Assembly: GCF_000143415.4 (NCBI RefSeq)
Contig: NW_003314298.1
Coordinates: 248,001-312,000 of the forward strand
Length of the DNA stretch: 64,000 nt
DNA from: Selaginella moellendorffii
Lineage: Eukaryota > Plantae > Lycopodiophyta
Direction of reading: 5' to 3'
Numbering within the stretch: the stretch's first letter is position 1; each line of letters opens with the position of its first letter. Shown piece after piece: positions 49,666-63,399 of the stretch. Position numbers and translations under genes: made by a program. Below the pieces are notes generated by a model. It did no database searches. It was not told the DNA's origin and saw nothing but the letters and a program-made list of their open reading frames with translations.

Positions 49666-52600
49666 GGTCAAATTACAATATGCATTTTACAAAATTTATT
49701 TTATATTTTTATTTTTTGTATATGATTTTTTTGTTCCTTAGTATTTGTATATTATGCTATATTATTTGAATTAGTTCTATATATGATTTAAATTTGATCT
49801 TGATTTTTCTTTTTTGTTTCAATTTTCTTGAAGGTAGTGTAGTCCATATACAAAATACCACACAATCTCTCATAAGTATTAGAAGGATTGAATCTCTCAA
49901 TGAATAACGTATTTGCTGTTGTGTTCCTTTAGGACATGGAAATGCTTTGATTTGTATACTTCAAGTCTATAATAGTAATGTCACTCCAATAAAGAGTAAG
50001 TTATTTATTGAAGTACTTTTTGTTTAAAGACAATATCAATTTAGGGAAGAAGGTTGTTCTTGTAGTTCTGATGATGAACATATTGGATCTCCAAGTTTTA
50101 CACATTATGATGCAATAAAAATAACCATAATTTTTGTTGTAGATATAAATAATTGATCTATCTGGTCTATTGCTATTGTGAAGTTAGTGGATAACAATCA
50201 AGTTATTATTGCTGACAAGTTGGTTATTGTTATTAATTTGAAGGATTTTTTGCACAATATAGCACTTGTTTGGGATTATCTTAGAATCTCAATATCTACT
50301 ATCCAACCTTCTAGCAATATTCTGCTAAGTTCTTTTGTCTATTGGAGATTGTTACATGTTATTTTTAAAAATATATTTATCCTTTAAGAATGACAACATC
50401 TCCAACTACCTTAAGAAATAAGAGGCAAAAATATAAATTCATCAAAAGATCCTAAAAAGCACAAAAATAAGATTGAGTTATATTTAACACAATAAGCACT
50501 ATAAATGCCAGAATGGTTTTAACAATTGACTGTTGTAGTTTAAAATGTTATCAATAAACTCATTGAGAAGTTGAGGAAAAAAACTAGAAACTTCTTTAAA
50601 TATTTAACTGAAAATAAAGGTGTAATTTTGTTTATGAAGTTTTGTCAGTAGCCATCTCTTATTAAAACATCTAAATTTCTCACTTGGTTTTCAACAAAGG
50701 AATTTTTTTTGAGAAAACTTGGTACACTATTCATGGCATCTCAAGGGTAACATTCTTTAGGAGGAAAATAAAATGGAGGAATGATTACTAAGATGCAATC
50801 CATAGAAATGAAGGAAGTCATAAAATATAGAAAAATATTATTCTTGCTGAAGTATTATTTAGGAGATTTATAAAGATGTGTAGTGAAAAAATATCATAAA
50901 AAACTAGAATGCTCACTGATGGGACTAAAGACACACAATATATGTACATTTAAGATGCAATTTTGATGAAGGTAAATGTAGAGTCAAAGCAACAGAAGAA
51001 AAAACCGATAAGTGCTTTAGCATTTAGCACATTATAGAATTACGTATTTCAAAATATTATAGTTTTTTAAAATGTGATACGTGCACAATTATTAAAATAT
51101 CTTAGCATCATTTATGACAAAATGGATAAAAAATATATATGTTCTATGATTAAATCTTGTTCCAAAGGCAACCTCAAAGGTGTTTTAATTATTAATTTCC
51201 CATGATTGCTCATGGCCATGAAATAGAAAATTATGGTCACTTCTTTATTCTATTATAGAGGGGTAGATTAAACTTTACCATTTCATCTCTATTCAAGTGT
51301 TTATATGATTTACAAAAGTCAAAAGTAGCAACAACGATTACACATCCCCTTCATCAAGTATTGTAAAACTCTTATGCATTTTAAATCCAATAAGAAATGG
51401 AGAAATGTCTTCCATTAAGTTATTAACTTTTAAGTTCTAATTATACTATTTTTCTAATTACTTATAATCTTCAAATGATATTTTTTAGGCTTTAATGCAA
51501 CTCTAACAAATAGTGATTCTGCTCAATTAATTTCTAATGAACAACCAAATTATATACTTATGCCAACCCACTTACTTCTTTAGATGGATAATGTTGGGAG
51601 TGACAACATGTAGCACACTTTATCTTTCTCCCCTTAAACCAACTAGAAAAAGGGTAATTGCTTGATGAAAAAGCCTTTAGTGGCTATTTTATCCCCATTT
51701 ATCCCCCAAAGTTCCAAGAATCCATGGTGACAGTATATCTAAATCTCATCCCATGATCACATGCGCTACACAACAAAAACATGTACTTTATAATAATGAC
51801 TATAACTTTTCTAGATAGTTTATATACTAAGTTTTAGTCTTGGGAATGAGGTTTATTTATTATGACACTGACAATACTCAGATTCTTTAAATGTCAGTCT
51901 TGGAAATGGGGCTTCATAATCAGCTTTCTTGTAAACATAAGAGCTTTTAGAATTTTAAATTATCGTGTATACACATGCTCTATCATTATGATGAATCCTA
52001 CTTTGCTACACATATATTCTTTTCTACACATGCCAAATGTCTAGGGAAATAAATTGCAAGGGAATATAAACCACATTATAGTGGTAGAGCACGTTGGCAC
52101 GCTACCATTCTCTCATGTGAGATTTCCTTTTAGTCTTGGAAATATAGATAAAGTTGATTCTTTGATGTGATATTACTTTTGAGTCTTTCGAAAGATTTTG
52201 ATTTCTTTTATCATTATTTGCAAACAATTCCCAAAAACTTTTAATGAGGATTCTATGTAAAATATACCTTGGTCTTATCATATGAGAGGATTGCGATATA
52301 GGCAAGCAATAGAGTTTTTAATATGAATTAATATGTAAATTACAAATGTCATGGAAAGTTTTATGGAGTAGATTTCTTAGTGCTTTCTGCTGTGCTGTTC
52401 ATTTCTTCATTTATCTTGCTCTGGACTGTTGTTTCAAAAATAACATGAGCATTTTTATCAATCGTGATAGTGGTCTCCACATTCCTAGATGGGTAATAAG
52501 GACCAAGAGTGTAATATGGAGATTGTGGTAGTGAAGTAAAATTAACATTCTCACATTCCTTTGCACTACAACTCTTACTCACAGATCTTGTATTTTCCTT

Positions 52601-53144
52601 ACTTCCCATCTTCTCAAGAACCCTAAAAAATCTTTTGAATGAAGGAATAGTATCTACAGCTGTAAAAGTATTCAAAATATTAAGTAGTCAAATCAAATAT
52701 GACAGCTGTAACAATTGTCATAATAAAATAATATAGTTTTATAAACGATAGGTTCTCATGAACTTTGTCTTTTTTAAACAATTCAATCTTATAGAAATTT
52801 TTAACTTAGATATTTACATATTTTAATATTTTAAAGTTTGCTAGAACCTTCATTTGTTCAATTTAGATCTCCTTTGTAATATTTCTTATTGACTATGTTG
52901 ACTTGAGTTGACTTGTGTTGAATTGAGCTCAACTCATGAGCTGAGCTCAACTCAAGTTTGGACCATCCCTATTGCTATGAATAAGCTTCACACCACTAAG
53001 CTTGTTTATTTCCTATTTCAGTCCTTGAAATTTTCAACCTTTTTGAAATTTCAAGTGATTATCATATCTTGTGCCTTGCACAGTGATGTCATTGAAGTTC
53101 ACATCTGGATATTTTCAAAGATTCTTGAATATTCTTAAGGCATC

Positions 53145-53207
53145 CTGGTATAAATAGAGGTTAAGTTAGACCACCTAGCTGATGAGTCCCAAAAATGATG
53201 AAATCAG
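53145..53207 (+). ncRNA. Degenerate type III hammerhead ribozyme motif
   Basis: CTGGTA ... CTGATGA GTC-ccaaaaat-GAT GAAA TCAG. Stems II and III pair with G-U wobbles; stem I is imperfect. Confidence 0.45.
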
Positions 53208-54379
53208 TTTTGGGTTGTCATGCCAATGTATTTCCTTTCCCTTTAGTGAATTTTTCATTAGAAATTTTCTCTAGTTTTTCCTCTTATCTCAGATTGCCAT
53301 AGCTGATCTCTAGCATTCTTGAGTTCCATTGGATCAAGCAATGTGGAGTGCTTTTGGCTAATCGCAATTCCAAAATCCTAGACACTTTCTAGCTCAAAAG
53401 CATCAAAGAGGCTTCACTTTGTTGCAAAAAGCATTCCCTAAATTGGCTCTTCCATTCTCCAATTCATTTTACTAATTCATTGTCTCTGTCAGATCAAGTT
53501 CCAGAATTACATGTCGCTGCTAGATCGCTGGATTGCCAAAAAATCAGATTGCAACGAGTATTGGATCATGGCCAGGAACGAAGAGAAAGTAGAAAGTGCC
53601 AAGCACTGTGGTGCACAGCCACCAGAACACCATGGGGGATGACGCTGCCAAACAGCACCGCCATTGTGCTATTGCACTAAGTGGTTTGTTTGGCACTAAC
53701 CCCAGAAAACTTGCTGCCACGCTGCCAATAATCCAAAAAAGACTCAATCTGAGCTGGATGGCCAAGAAAGGAGCCCTGCGTGTGCATGTCCTTGTCTTTT
53801 TAAGAGGTATGGTTTCTGATTTCTATTCCATAGCAGGGTATGTCCACGACAAAAGACCATCGGATCTCAATCTAGAGCCTCCACATGGAGTCTAGGGCTG
53901 CAAAGAACGGGTGTAACTTAGTCAAGGATCTCCTGCTCTCAAGCTTGACCATCTGGAGGCTTGAGAGTGGATTTCTTTCACGAGTTCCCTATGAAGAATT
54001 TATAGGTGTAACTCAGAGAAGGATCTTTTCTGCTGACCGTCTAGAGGCTTAAGAACAGATTTCTTTCACTAGCTCCCCATGAAGGATGCACAGCTGGACA
54101 GCCATTCAAACTGCTACTCCAAATTAAGTTTGATTGCTGTGATAGACTTCATCTTACGCTTTATTTTATGATGAAGAGGACGTTTCTAGGGCATCTGGGC
54201 CGCAGCCCCAAGTGCACGACCAGCAGCAGCTGTGAGTTCAGCAGCCTCAGCAGCAGGTCGAAGCAGAGCAGCAGCCTCCACTCGAGCCTAGTCCGGTCAC
54301 ACCTGAGCAAGAAGATGAAGCAATTACGCCATTTGATGACGGCTTCATTTTTCCAGGAGAAGTTCATTGGAGTGTTGTT

Positions 54380-55047
54380 AAAACGAATTTTCAGGTATTT
54401 GTGAGGTACAGCAGGATATTGACTGAGCTACAGAAGCAACAGCAGTGGGAGCTCAAGGAGTATGCAACTTGTCGGCCTTACAGACTCAGAACTGGTGACA
54501 AGGATACAAGAAGATCAACTTCAGGATAACTTTTCTTCCTGGACAGTGGACTTGTCAGCTGGAGCAGCAAGTGACAAGCAATCACGGCACTTTCATCCAC
54601 CGAGGCTGAATATATTGGTGCAACAACAACAGCTCAAGAAGCAAGGTGGCTTACAGATTTTCTGGAGCAGATTGGTGTTCCAGTGCAGCAGCCAGTGACT
54701 TTGTTTTGTGACAATCGAAGTGCAATCGAGTTGTCGAAAAATCCCACACCAAACACTTCAAGATAAGGGTACATTTTATTCGAGAGCAGGTTCTAGCGAA
54801 CAGAGTGCAGCTGAGATATGTTTTGACGAAGCAGATGACAGCAAACATTATGACAAAAGCTTTGAGCAAAGACAAGTTTCAACAACATTGTGAAGATATG
54901 AGCGGTATAGACTCTCACGGCTGAGTGGGAGTGTAGATAGCCAGCCTGGAGTCTAATCCAAGGTGGCAAGAGATTTCATATGGACGCTGAAATGAGCGGA
55001 CACAAGACTTGTATATATTTACATGGAGAAAATCGTTTAATTAGAAA
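54380..55047 (+). mobile_element. 3' end of a Ty1/copia element (RT end, RNase H, PPT, short LTR)
   Basis: LSSTEAEYIGA, TLFCDNRSAIELSKNP, HFIREQV, NIMTKAL; PPT tgagtgggag followed by TGTAG...CATCA. Confidence 0.85.
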
Positions 55048-56568
55048 ACTAACAATCAGCTTCATCAAGAAAATGCTCCGGAACACCCGCCAGTTCGCCA
55101 GGATCCGGGAGCCACCTTCTGCACTGCTCCATCCAGAATGCTGGCTGCAACACGGTTAGCCTCCGGTTCTTTGTAGCCGAGCTTGCTCAGGTACACTTCG
55201 GAGCCAGTAGACATGTATTGAGCTCTCACACAGTCGAGGATTGCCTCCACTGACAATGGTGAGAGAGCTAGAGCAAATGCGGTTCATTCGTCAAGGCGAG
55301 GATCGGCAGATCTCCAGCGCGTAGAAAATTGTCTGCAAAGTCGCAAAGCTGTTCCAGCCTGCGGGAGGAGTGTCCTGATCCTTATACCAAGCTTCCGGCG
55401 AAGTCACAAGGTCGGGAGGAGGCCAGTGCCTGGGACTCGTACTGGCAGCCTCCGCTGTAGCATCATGGAGCGCTTTGTTGAAGACTGCTATGTAGTCTCC
55501 GGCCTGACTTTGGTTTCTTTCCATAGAGTAGAACCGTGTTCGATTTGGCGTAAGGCATTCCGGTGTAGTGGCTGAGGTCGAAGCTAATCGAAAATCTGGA
55601 AGGGAACACAGTAACATGCTACATCTCGAGCAACGTCGAAAACGAAGTAGCTTGCCATTGCGAGATTGGTCTCGACAGAAGCTTCCAGCCAAGTATCAAC
55701 GAAGCAAGAGCTCTCTTGTTCTTGGTTGATGAAGGCTCGCCTCTAAGCCACAACAATTTTATAAATCTTCGCGAATTGGTGTTGTGGATGGCTTGATAGC
55801 TTGCGATGGCAAGCTTATGATGGCCTCGCTATGGTCTATCACTGCCAACCTTCTCTTCCAGCATCCACAACAATTTTATAAATCTTCGCGAATTGGTGCT
55901 GTCTAGAAGTTTCCCTAGGCATGATTGGCGCTAAGGAGCAGTCGCCAGCATAGTTCTCCAGACCGTCCGGATGAACTTCACGGGTGTGGAGTGCCTTGTT
56001 TTTTTGCAAAGACAAATACCATCACGCTCTTGTCCACCATTGTTCACAAAACAAAGTCGCTCTTTAAGAAAGTGATCGTCCTTTTTGTTATTCATCCATA
56101 AGGACAGCTGTGTTTGCAACGCGTACGTTACTTGTCTCGATTGCTTGTCTCGATTGTTTGGTTAATAGCATATCTCTATTGGCGGATTTCAGTGAAGGAT
56201 GCTTGACATGACGATCAGAGAGTTAGAAGTGTTGATTTCTAAAGAGCCAAGTATTCTCATTTCAAAAGGCGCAAAGACACTAAGTTCGAATGGAATCGAC
56301 GAAGCTTAGCCCGAATCTTCTTTTGAGTAAATTAATCTTTTAACCTCACTGCAAACATTGCGATTGCAATTTAGTATCGATCAAAAAGATGATGCGTAGA
56401 TACCTTTTATGCTTTTTGGTCTGTCCAGTGGCATCCTGGCACGTGGCAGAAATCTATTGAGTATAAACATGAAGCTCACGGCCAAGATTCTTTCGAAGTT
56501 CCATTGGTTGTGCTCTCCTTTTTTGCTGGATGCGCCACCGCCGCCGCCATCGCTGCGATCAGGCAACC

Positions 56569-58431
56569 ATGTCGCAGCTTCTCCCACTCATTTCCTTGGT
56601 CTTGCTCCTCCTGCCATCGCCACCAGGTAAGAAAGAATCCATATCTCTCTCTCCTCTGGCTAGCCTAGGTCACCAAGAAGATTGCTCTCGCAGTGCGTGG
56701 TCAATGGCTGGATCCAGAGAGCAAATACAGCGGGCATCAGACCGAGTACACTCGTCCCAACGCCGATCTGGACTTGCGGCTGGATGAGCCCGACATCGCC
56801 CCCAATCCGCTGGGCGGCCCCGAGCAAGTTTTCATCAGCCAGGCCGATCACACCGGCACCGCCTTCACTATCAGCTGGTCCAGCAACCGGAGCATGGGAT
56901 CTCGTGTGTTCTACTCGAATCAGCCCAGCTCCTACGACTTGTCCGCCACTGGCGGGTCTTCCTCTTACGCGGATTACACGTCTGGGAATCTCCATCACGT
57001 CACCATTTCCAATCTCACGGTAAGTTCTGGATGATCTTGGCGTGGTCTTTGTTTCCTCCTCGGATGATTATCATCGTCTCTTTTTGCAGTATAGCACTCG
57101 ATATTACTATCGGATAGGAGAGGGAGGTAGCGATGACCGCCATCTTGTCTTCGCGAGCGAGTTTGTCACTCCGCCTCCTCCAGGACCAGACTCTTCGATC
57201 AAGTTCGCCATCGTTGGTGAGTCTCGAAGATTTGGTTTTGATACTTTTTTTTCTTCTGAAAAATATGTCTGTTTTGTTTTGTAAGGTGATCTTGGGCAGA
57301 CTTACTCTTCGAATGTGACACTGAGCCACATCGAGCAGTCTGGCGCCCAGTATCTGCTAAACGTGGGTGATTTCTCCTACGCGGATGGCTATCAGCCGAG
57401 ATGGGATACCTGGGGGCGTTTCATGACGAGATACACGAGCAAAGTTCCAATGGTTTTCGCCTACGGCAACCATGAAATAGAATTCGACAACGCTGTTGTA
57501 AGTGATCTTTCAAGGGAATACTGTTTCTCAAGGGTTTTAACTTTGATCACCAGGACGCTGTCAAGCCACACGACGGTTTTCTGTCTCCAAATACACGATT
57601 CTCGGCACCCTGGCAATCTTGTGGTGCTGTCGCAGCTATTTACTACTCTCTCAACGTTGGGCCGGTTCACATCATCTCACTCAATTCCTACGTTGGGATA
57701 ACAAAGTACACGCCCCAGTATAACTGGCTTCTGGTTTGTTATAGCTTTCGTTTCAGAGTTTTCTTCGCGCAGTCCTGATGTTTGCTTGATATAATCAGTC
57801 CGACTTGGAGCATGTTGATCGATCTGTAACGCCATGGGTGATCATAATCACACACGTCCCTTGGTACAACACTTACAACGCGCACTACATGGAAGGTGAA
57901 GTTGTCAGATCAGCAGTGGAATATTTTGCCAGAAAGTACAGAGTGGATGCGATATTTTCTGGCCACGTCCACGCTTACGAACGATTTGTAAGTAGCATTT
58001 CTCTCGTTACTTGTACCGCTTAACTGACTGGATCCTTTTGTCTCTCGTAGAAACGTTTATACCTTTACGAGGAGGACGAGTGTGCTCCCGTCTACATTAC
58101 AATTGGCGATGGAGGCAACCGTGAAGGGCCTGCTGAAAGGTAAGTCTCACATAATTTGAGCTACACTAGACTAGTTTTCTTGTTTTGAAGGTTTCAAGTG
58201 ATTCCCAAGCCAGAGACGTCCGTTTACCGAGAGCCGAGTTTCGGATACGGAAGCTTGGAGATCATCAACAGTTCATTGGCACGGTGGCAATGGCACCGGA
58301 ACCAAGACAAGGGCGATGTGATCGCCGACTCTGTGTTGATCGAGAGCCTGGCAGGCATGAATTCGTGCCCGCTACCACCGCAACCATCTCAGCCGAGATA
58401 CGACGAACACGAGCTTCTCCAGAGCTACTAA
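56569..58431 (+). CDS. PAP: Purple acid phosphatase (multi-exon, signal peptide)
   Basis: GDLG, GDFSYADG, GNHE, HVPWY, GHVHAYER, YITIGDGGNREG and REPSFGYG motifs across GT-AG exons. Confidence 0.95.
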
Positions 58432-59299
58432 AGTGGCTCTAGCGCGAGGCTGTAAGTTTGTATCATTCATTGACGATAAAACATTGATATTCTTTCTGGA
58501 GATCGCAGTGGTGCAGCGTGATATGATCATGGTCTCCGTGTCTTCCACTGCTGCAGCCATCTCAGCTAAATCAATCTCCCAACAATTTTTAAGCTTGATC
58601 GCCACAGACTGTTAATTTTTGTATAGCATTCTTGTCATAGAGGGCGTGTTTGCTCGCGAAGCAGACATCTCATCATCGACTTTAGCGGGCCAGCCATGGC
58701 TCTTTGACAAAAAAAAAAAAAAAACCATGCCAAAAAATTCTTGATGGCTCCATGGACCTCTCGTGAGATTCTTCTCTTTTAGTCCTAGGTGTTCGCGGCA
58801 TATGCCCTTATTGTCACTCACATGGCTGGTAATTTGTCGTTTGCGTCGGGGTAAGTTTTGGCCACCCCGTACGGCTATCGTTTTGGGGGCAAGTTTTGGC
58901 CACGGCCCATCTCTCCGGGCGCCAAACCCGTACGGCTAGAGAAAGAGCAAGCAAGCGAAGGAAAAAAATCTCTCCTCTTCATGGCGCTTCCCTGCCAACC
59001 CTTGGAAGCGTGGGGATTGGGAGATTGGAGCGCGGAGCTCTAATGGCGCATCGCGACGGGTGGCTACAATGGAGGGTTTGTGCGCGGCCATAACGAGGTA
59101 GAAATTCCTAGAGCTTTTCCTTCACAGATTTCTCCTCACTCTGGCTTGTGAATTTCATCCATCCGTCCAAAATCGGGAATGGTTTTCTCTTGATCTCGTG
59201 GAACTGTACAGGGGAGATTGATCCATCCATCCAAGCTCTGGAAAAATTCCACGCGATTTGCTCTACCAAGCTACCGACGATTGGATCCAATCTCTCGCA

Positions 59300-61896
59300 A
59301 TGCAGCCAGCGACACTGGTGGCTCTCGCCGCCACCGTCGTCAACATGCTCCAAGGATGGGACACAGGAGCCATTGGAGGTAGCAAGAAAATAAAAACTTC
59401 TTTGTGATCTATGTGATCTAACCATGATCGGTTGGTACTTTTTTTCCTCTCTCGCAGGAGCTCTCTTGTATTTCAAGCCCGAGCTACATTTGAGCGCTAC
59501 CATGGAAGGCCTGGTGGTGGCCGCCAGCCTCGCGGGAGCATGGTGTAGCACACTTTGTGCTGGAGCAGCAGCCGATAGATATGGCAGGCAGAAAATTCTC
59601 TTCATCTCCTCCATCATCTTCGTGACGAGCTCGTGTATCATGGCCTGGACTCCAAACATCTACGTGCTCCTCCTGGCCAGGCTGCTGCTCGGTGCCGGGG
59701 TCGGACTGATCACCACCATCGCTCCCATGTACATTGCGGAGATTGCTCCCACCGAGAACCGTGGCCAGCTTCTCACGTTCCCGCAGCTCATGGGATCAAC
59801 CGGCCAGTTCCTTTCCTACGTTCTCGTCTTCCTCATGTCGCTAAGTCACCACCCGATGTGGAGATACATGCTGGGAATGCTCTTTGTCCCGGCTATGGTG
59901 AACTTCACTCTCGCGCTCTTCTACATACCCGAGTCTCCGAGATGGCTCGTGAGTAAAGGGCGGATGGTGGAAGCTAAGAAAGTGCTACAGAGGCTGCGGA
60001 ACACGAAAGACGTCACAGGTAGAAGATATCGGTGTTGTTTTGTGATGGTTGATTGATTTGTTTCTTGTCTTGCTTTCAGCCGAGCTTGCGCTTCTAGTAG
60101 AAGGTTTGAACATCGGTGAGACAACGCTGGAAGAATGGCAACTCAAGCCGGTGGAGCTCGGGGGGTCCACAGCGTCGTTGAAGCTTGGGAGCTTCCGGGG
60201 TAACTCCAAGATGATGCAGGAAGGGAACGTTTCGTGGATAGCTACGTCTGCAACCGGGGGTGGTGGTGGATTCCTCTCGCGGCGAGCGAGCATGGTTTCG
60301 TCGCTCAGGGATCCGGTGGTGACGCTGTTTGGAAGCATGCACAACAGCACGCACGACCACCTCCCTGTTGTTCCGGCGGTCTTTGGAACGTTTCGGAGCA
60401 CTCACGACCACCTCCCCGAGCCACAGTCTGAGCTCATGCACGACAACTGGGACCAAGACGAGGGACCGAAGACACCACAGGGGAATGGCTACCAGTCGGA
60501 CGATGGAATGGTCGGAAATCTGGACGAGAACCTGAGCACGCCGCTCTTGAACCCAGCCAGGAGCGGGAAGTTTGATGCGTCGCCGTGGTCCATCGCAGGA
60601 ACTCCTCGTGATCCGAGGCCGAGCCAGGGGAGTTTCGCGGACCACCACTATCACGACAACACGAGCAGGCAAAACATAAACTTCCCGAGAGGCAGCAAGG
60701 ACGCGAACGAGTCGAGCATGTATGGAAGGCAGAGTGCGTACAGCATAGCCGCGAGCGTCCCGGAATCCATAGCTAGCGTAGGCATTGGCGGGGGGTGGCA
60801 ACTTGCATGGCAGTGGACGGGAACCGAAGGCCAGGAAAACAATCCAGACGATCACGGACAGTTCAAGAGGGTGTTTTTGCTCCAGCACCAAGCCGATCAA
60901 CACCAACAGCAGCAGCATCCGCAGGGATTTTCGTCCATATCTTTGCCTCACGGAGAGGAAATAGAAGCTATCCAAGCGGCAGCACTGGTCACGCAGGCAT
61001 CGCAATACTCAAAACACATGGAGGACGAGCATCCGGTCGGTCCAGCAATGGTCCATCCCGCCGAGACCGCCGTCCAAGGCGTTGCATGGTCCGACTTGCT
61101 CGAGATTGGCGTCCGGAGAGCTCTCACTGTCGGCATTCTCTTGCAAGTCCTACAACAGGTACGTAAGTGTTTTCGATCCATCGCTGACGAGCGGGTTTCC
61201 TTTTCTTCCATTTCCAGTTCAGTGGCATCAACGCGGTTCAGGCTTTTGTACCACAGATCTTGTCACAGTCTGGTGCCTCGGCGTTACTTACCAGCCTCGG
61301 CCTCGGCACAAACTCGGCCTCCATCCTCGCCAGCACTTTCAGCTCGCTCTTGACGCTACCTTGTATCATCTTCGCGATGAAGATCATGGATCGAGCAGGA
61401 CGCAGGTAGCGTCAAGCTATTACATGCTTTGTTCTAGCTGATACAAACACTCTTTCTCTTGTACAGGCAATTGTTACTGGTGACTCTGCCAATTCTTTTA
61501 GTGGCTCTCATCACCATCGCCACCTCCAACTTACTGCTGTCGCAAGGCGTCGTCCAGGCCGCGGGATCCTTCGGTGGCGTGCTCATCTACATCTGCACAT
61601 TCGTGATGGGCTTCGGAGCCATCCCAAACATTATCTGCTCCGAGATCTTCCCGACCCGAGTCCGCGGCGTTTGCATCGGGCTGTGCCAGACGGCGTTTTG
61701 GACGTGCAACATCCTCATCACTAACTTGTTCCCCACGCTGCTCCAGGCCATCGGCGTGGGCGGTATCTTCGGCCTCTTCTCGCTCGTGGTGCTTTGCTCC
61801 TGGGTTTTTGTCTACCTTAAAGTCCCAGAGACCAAAGGCATGCCGCTCGAAGTTATATCCGAGTTCTTCGCCATGGCTTCCGTCAAGCAAGCTTAG
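59300..61896 (+). CDS. TST: Tonoplast monosaccharide transporter (TST/TMT/MSSP family, MFS with large central loop)
   Basis: NMLQGWD, ADRYGR, PMYIAEIAP..RG, PESPRWLVSKGRM, GIGGGWQLAW, PNIICSEIFPTRVRG, KVPETKGMPLEVI. Confidence 0.95.
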
Positions 61897-61989
61897 TTTC
61901 AGAATTCTGAAAAAGTAAAGTACTGGATTTCTTATTTCTCCATCCTCTCTTGCCTTTGAAATGAGAACGCAAAGCTCCTGTTTTATCAG

Positions 61990-62390
61990 TTCGAGGTATG
62001 GTTATGGCGATAAGTGGCCTTGCAGCCTACTCTAGTTCAAACACACACTAGCAACACTAAGCACTCATGTGTGCTGCAGTAGAGAGGATGATTCCAGATT
62101 TCTTCACCCGAAATCCAAGGAAAATCCCATAAAAGCTTTTAAAAGGCTAAGGGTTGGCAGAAGACACCACAGTGGAATGGCTAACGGTCGGACGGTGGAA
62201 TGGTCGGAAACATGGACGAGAACCCGCTGTTGAGAGGCATGTCGCTCTCGGTTATATCCGAGTTCTTCGCCAGGGCTTCCGTCAAGCAAGCTTAGTTTCA
62301 GAATGAAAATCAAAGTATCCGGCTTTCTTATCGCTCCATCCTCTTGCCTTTGAAAATGAGAAAGCAAAGCTCCTATTTTATCAGTTCAAG
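61990..62390 (+). pseudogene. Chimeric relic of a local duplication (FKBP 5' fragment plus pieces of the TST gene)
   Basis: 61990-62105 resembles 62385-62525; 62160-62233 resembles 60468-60550; 62235-62385 resembles 61835-61990. Confidence 0.75.
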
Positions 62391-62392
62391 GT

Positions 62393-63289
62393 ATGGCTAT
62401 GGCGGTAAGTGGCCTCCATTTTCGAGCAGTGGCAGTGGCAGCACACTCTAGTTCAAACACTAGCAACACTTGCAGCTCGAGAAGCACTCGTGTTTGCTGC
62501 AGTAGAGAGGATGGTTCCAGATTTCTTCGAAGAGAAGCAGCAGCAAGGGTGGTGCTTGCTACCATTTTCTGCAATTCAGCACCCTCGTTTTTGAGTTCTT
62601 GGGCTGTAGCTGCGGAGGAGGAGCCAAAGCTGACGGTTTTGGATTCAGGGCTTGGATTCTGTGACACAAGAGTTGGAGTGGGAAATCCTGTTGTCAATGG
62701 CAGCTATGTCAAGGTTGGTTTTCTTCTTCGTTCTTTCTTTCATTTTCTTGAGTAGTGAGCGCAGGTTCACTACACAGGCAAGCGTGAGGATGGAACTCAG
62801 TTTGAGAGCAGCTACACATTCAACAGGCCGCTTGAATTCAGACTTGGAGTTGGAGAGGTTTGATTCTACTGCTCCTTCCTTTTGAGAAAACTTCCTTTCT
62901 AGCTTTGACAACTTCAGGTGATTGATGGATGGGATCGAGGAATTCTTGGAGGAAATGGCATACCTCCCATGCAACCAGGTGGAGCACTCTCTCGAGTTTT
63001 TCCTGAGATCATACGTTTCCCTGTGACTTGTTTAGGTGGTAGGAGATTGTTGCAGATTCCAGCGAGCATGGCGTTCGGCGAGGAAGGCGTGGGGTGCAAG
63101 AAAGGAAAGCCGCTCCTGACGCTGCTTAAGAGCTACTTCAACCCCGGCAAGAGCTCCAATCCACCAGCAAAGCCCACTGCTCCAAGCTGCTTCATCCTTC
63201 CAAACGCAACTCTGTTTTTCGATGTGGAGCTGCTCGAGGCCTTCGAGCTCCCCAAGAGCAGCAAGGACGTGAAGAAGAAAAGGCGCTAA
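62393..63289 (+). CDS. FKBP-type peptidyl-prolyl isomerase, probably thylakoid lumen (FKBP13-like)
   Basis: Transit peptide with RR motif; VHYTGK..DGTQFESSY, VIDGWDRGILGG, GGRRLLQIP, PNATLFFDVEL; three introns. Confidence 0.9.
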
Positions 63290-63399
63290 AAACGAAAAGG
63301 TCTTGCTTTTCTTCTTCATATTCTTGCCGAGCACGAGGCAGGCTACGCGTCATTTGTTTGCTCGTGCCTTGCCACATCGTACTTTTGCCGGAGCTGCTT

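Noticed and set aside
49900-52960. Possible decayed DNA transposase and gagctcaactc repeats (also at 24250-24300)
   Set aside because: AT-rich and too degenerate for a family call by eye.
55065-55692. Minus-strand ORF fragments
   Set aside because: No recognisable motif; cannot support a product.
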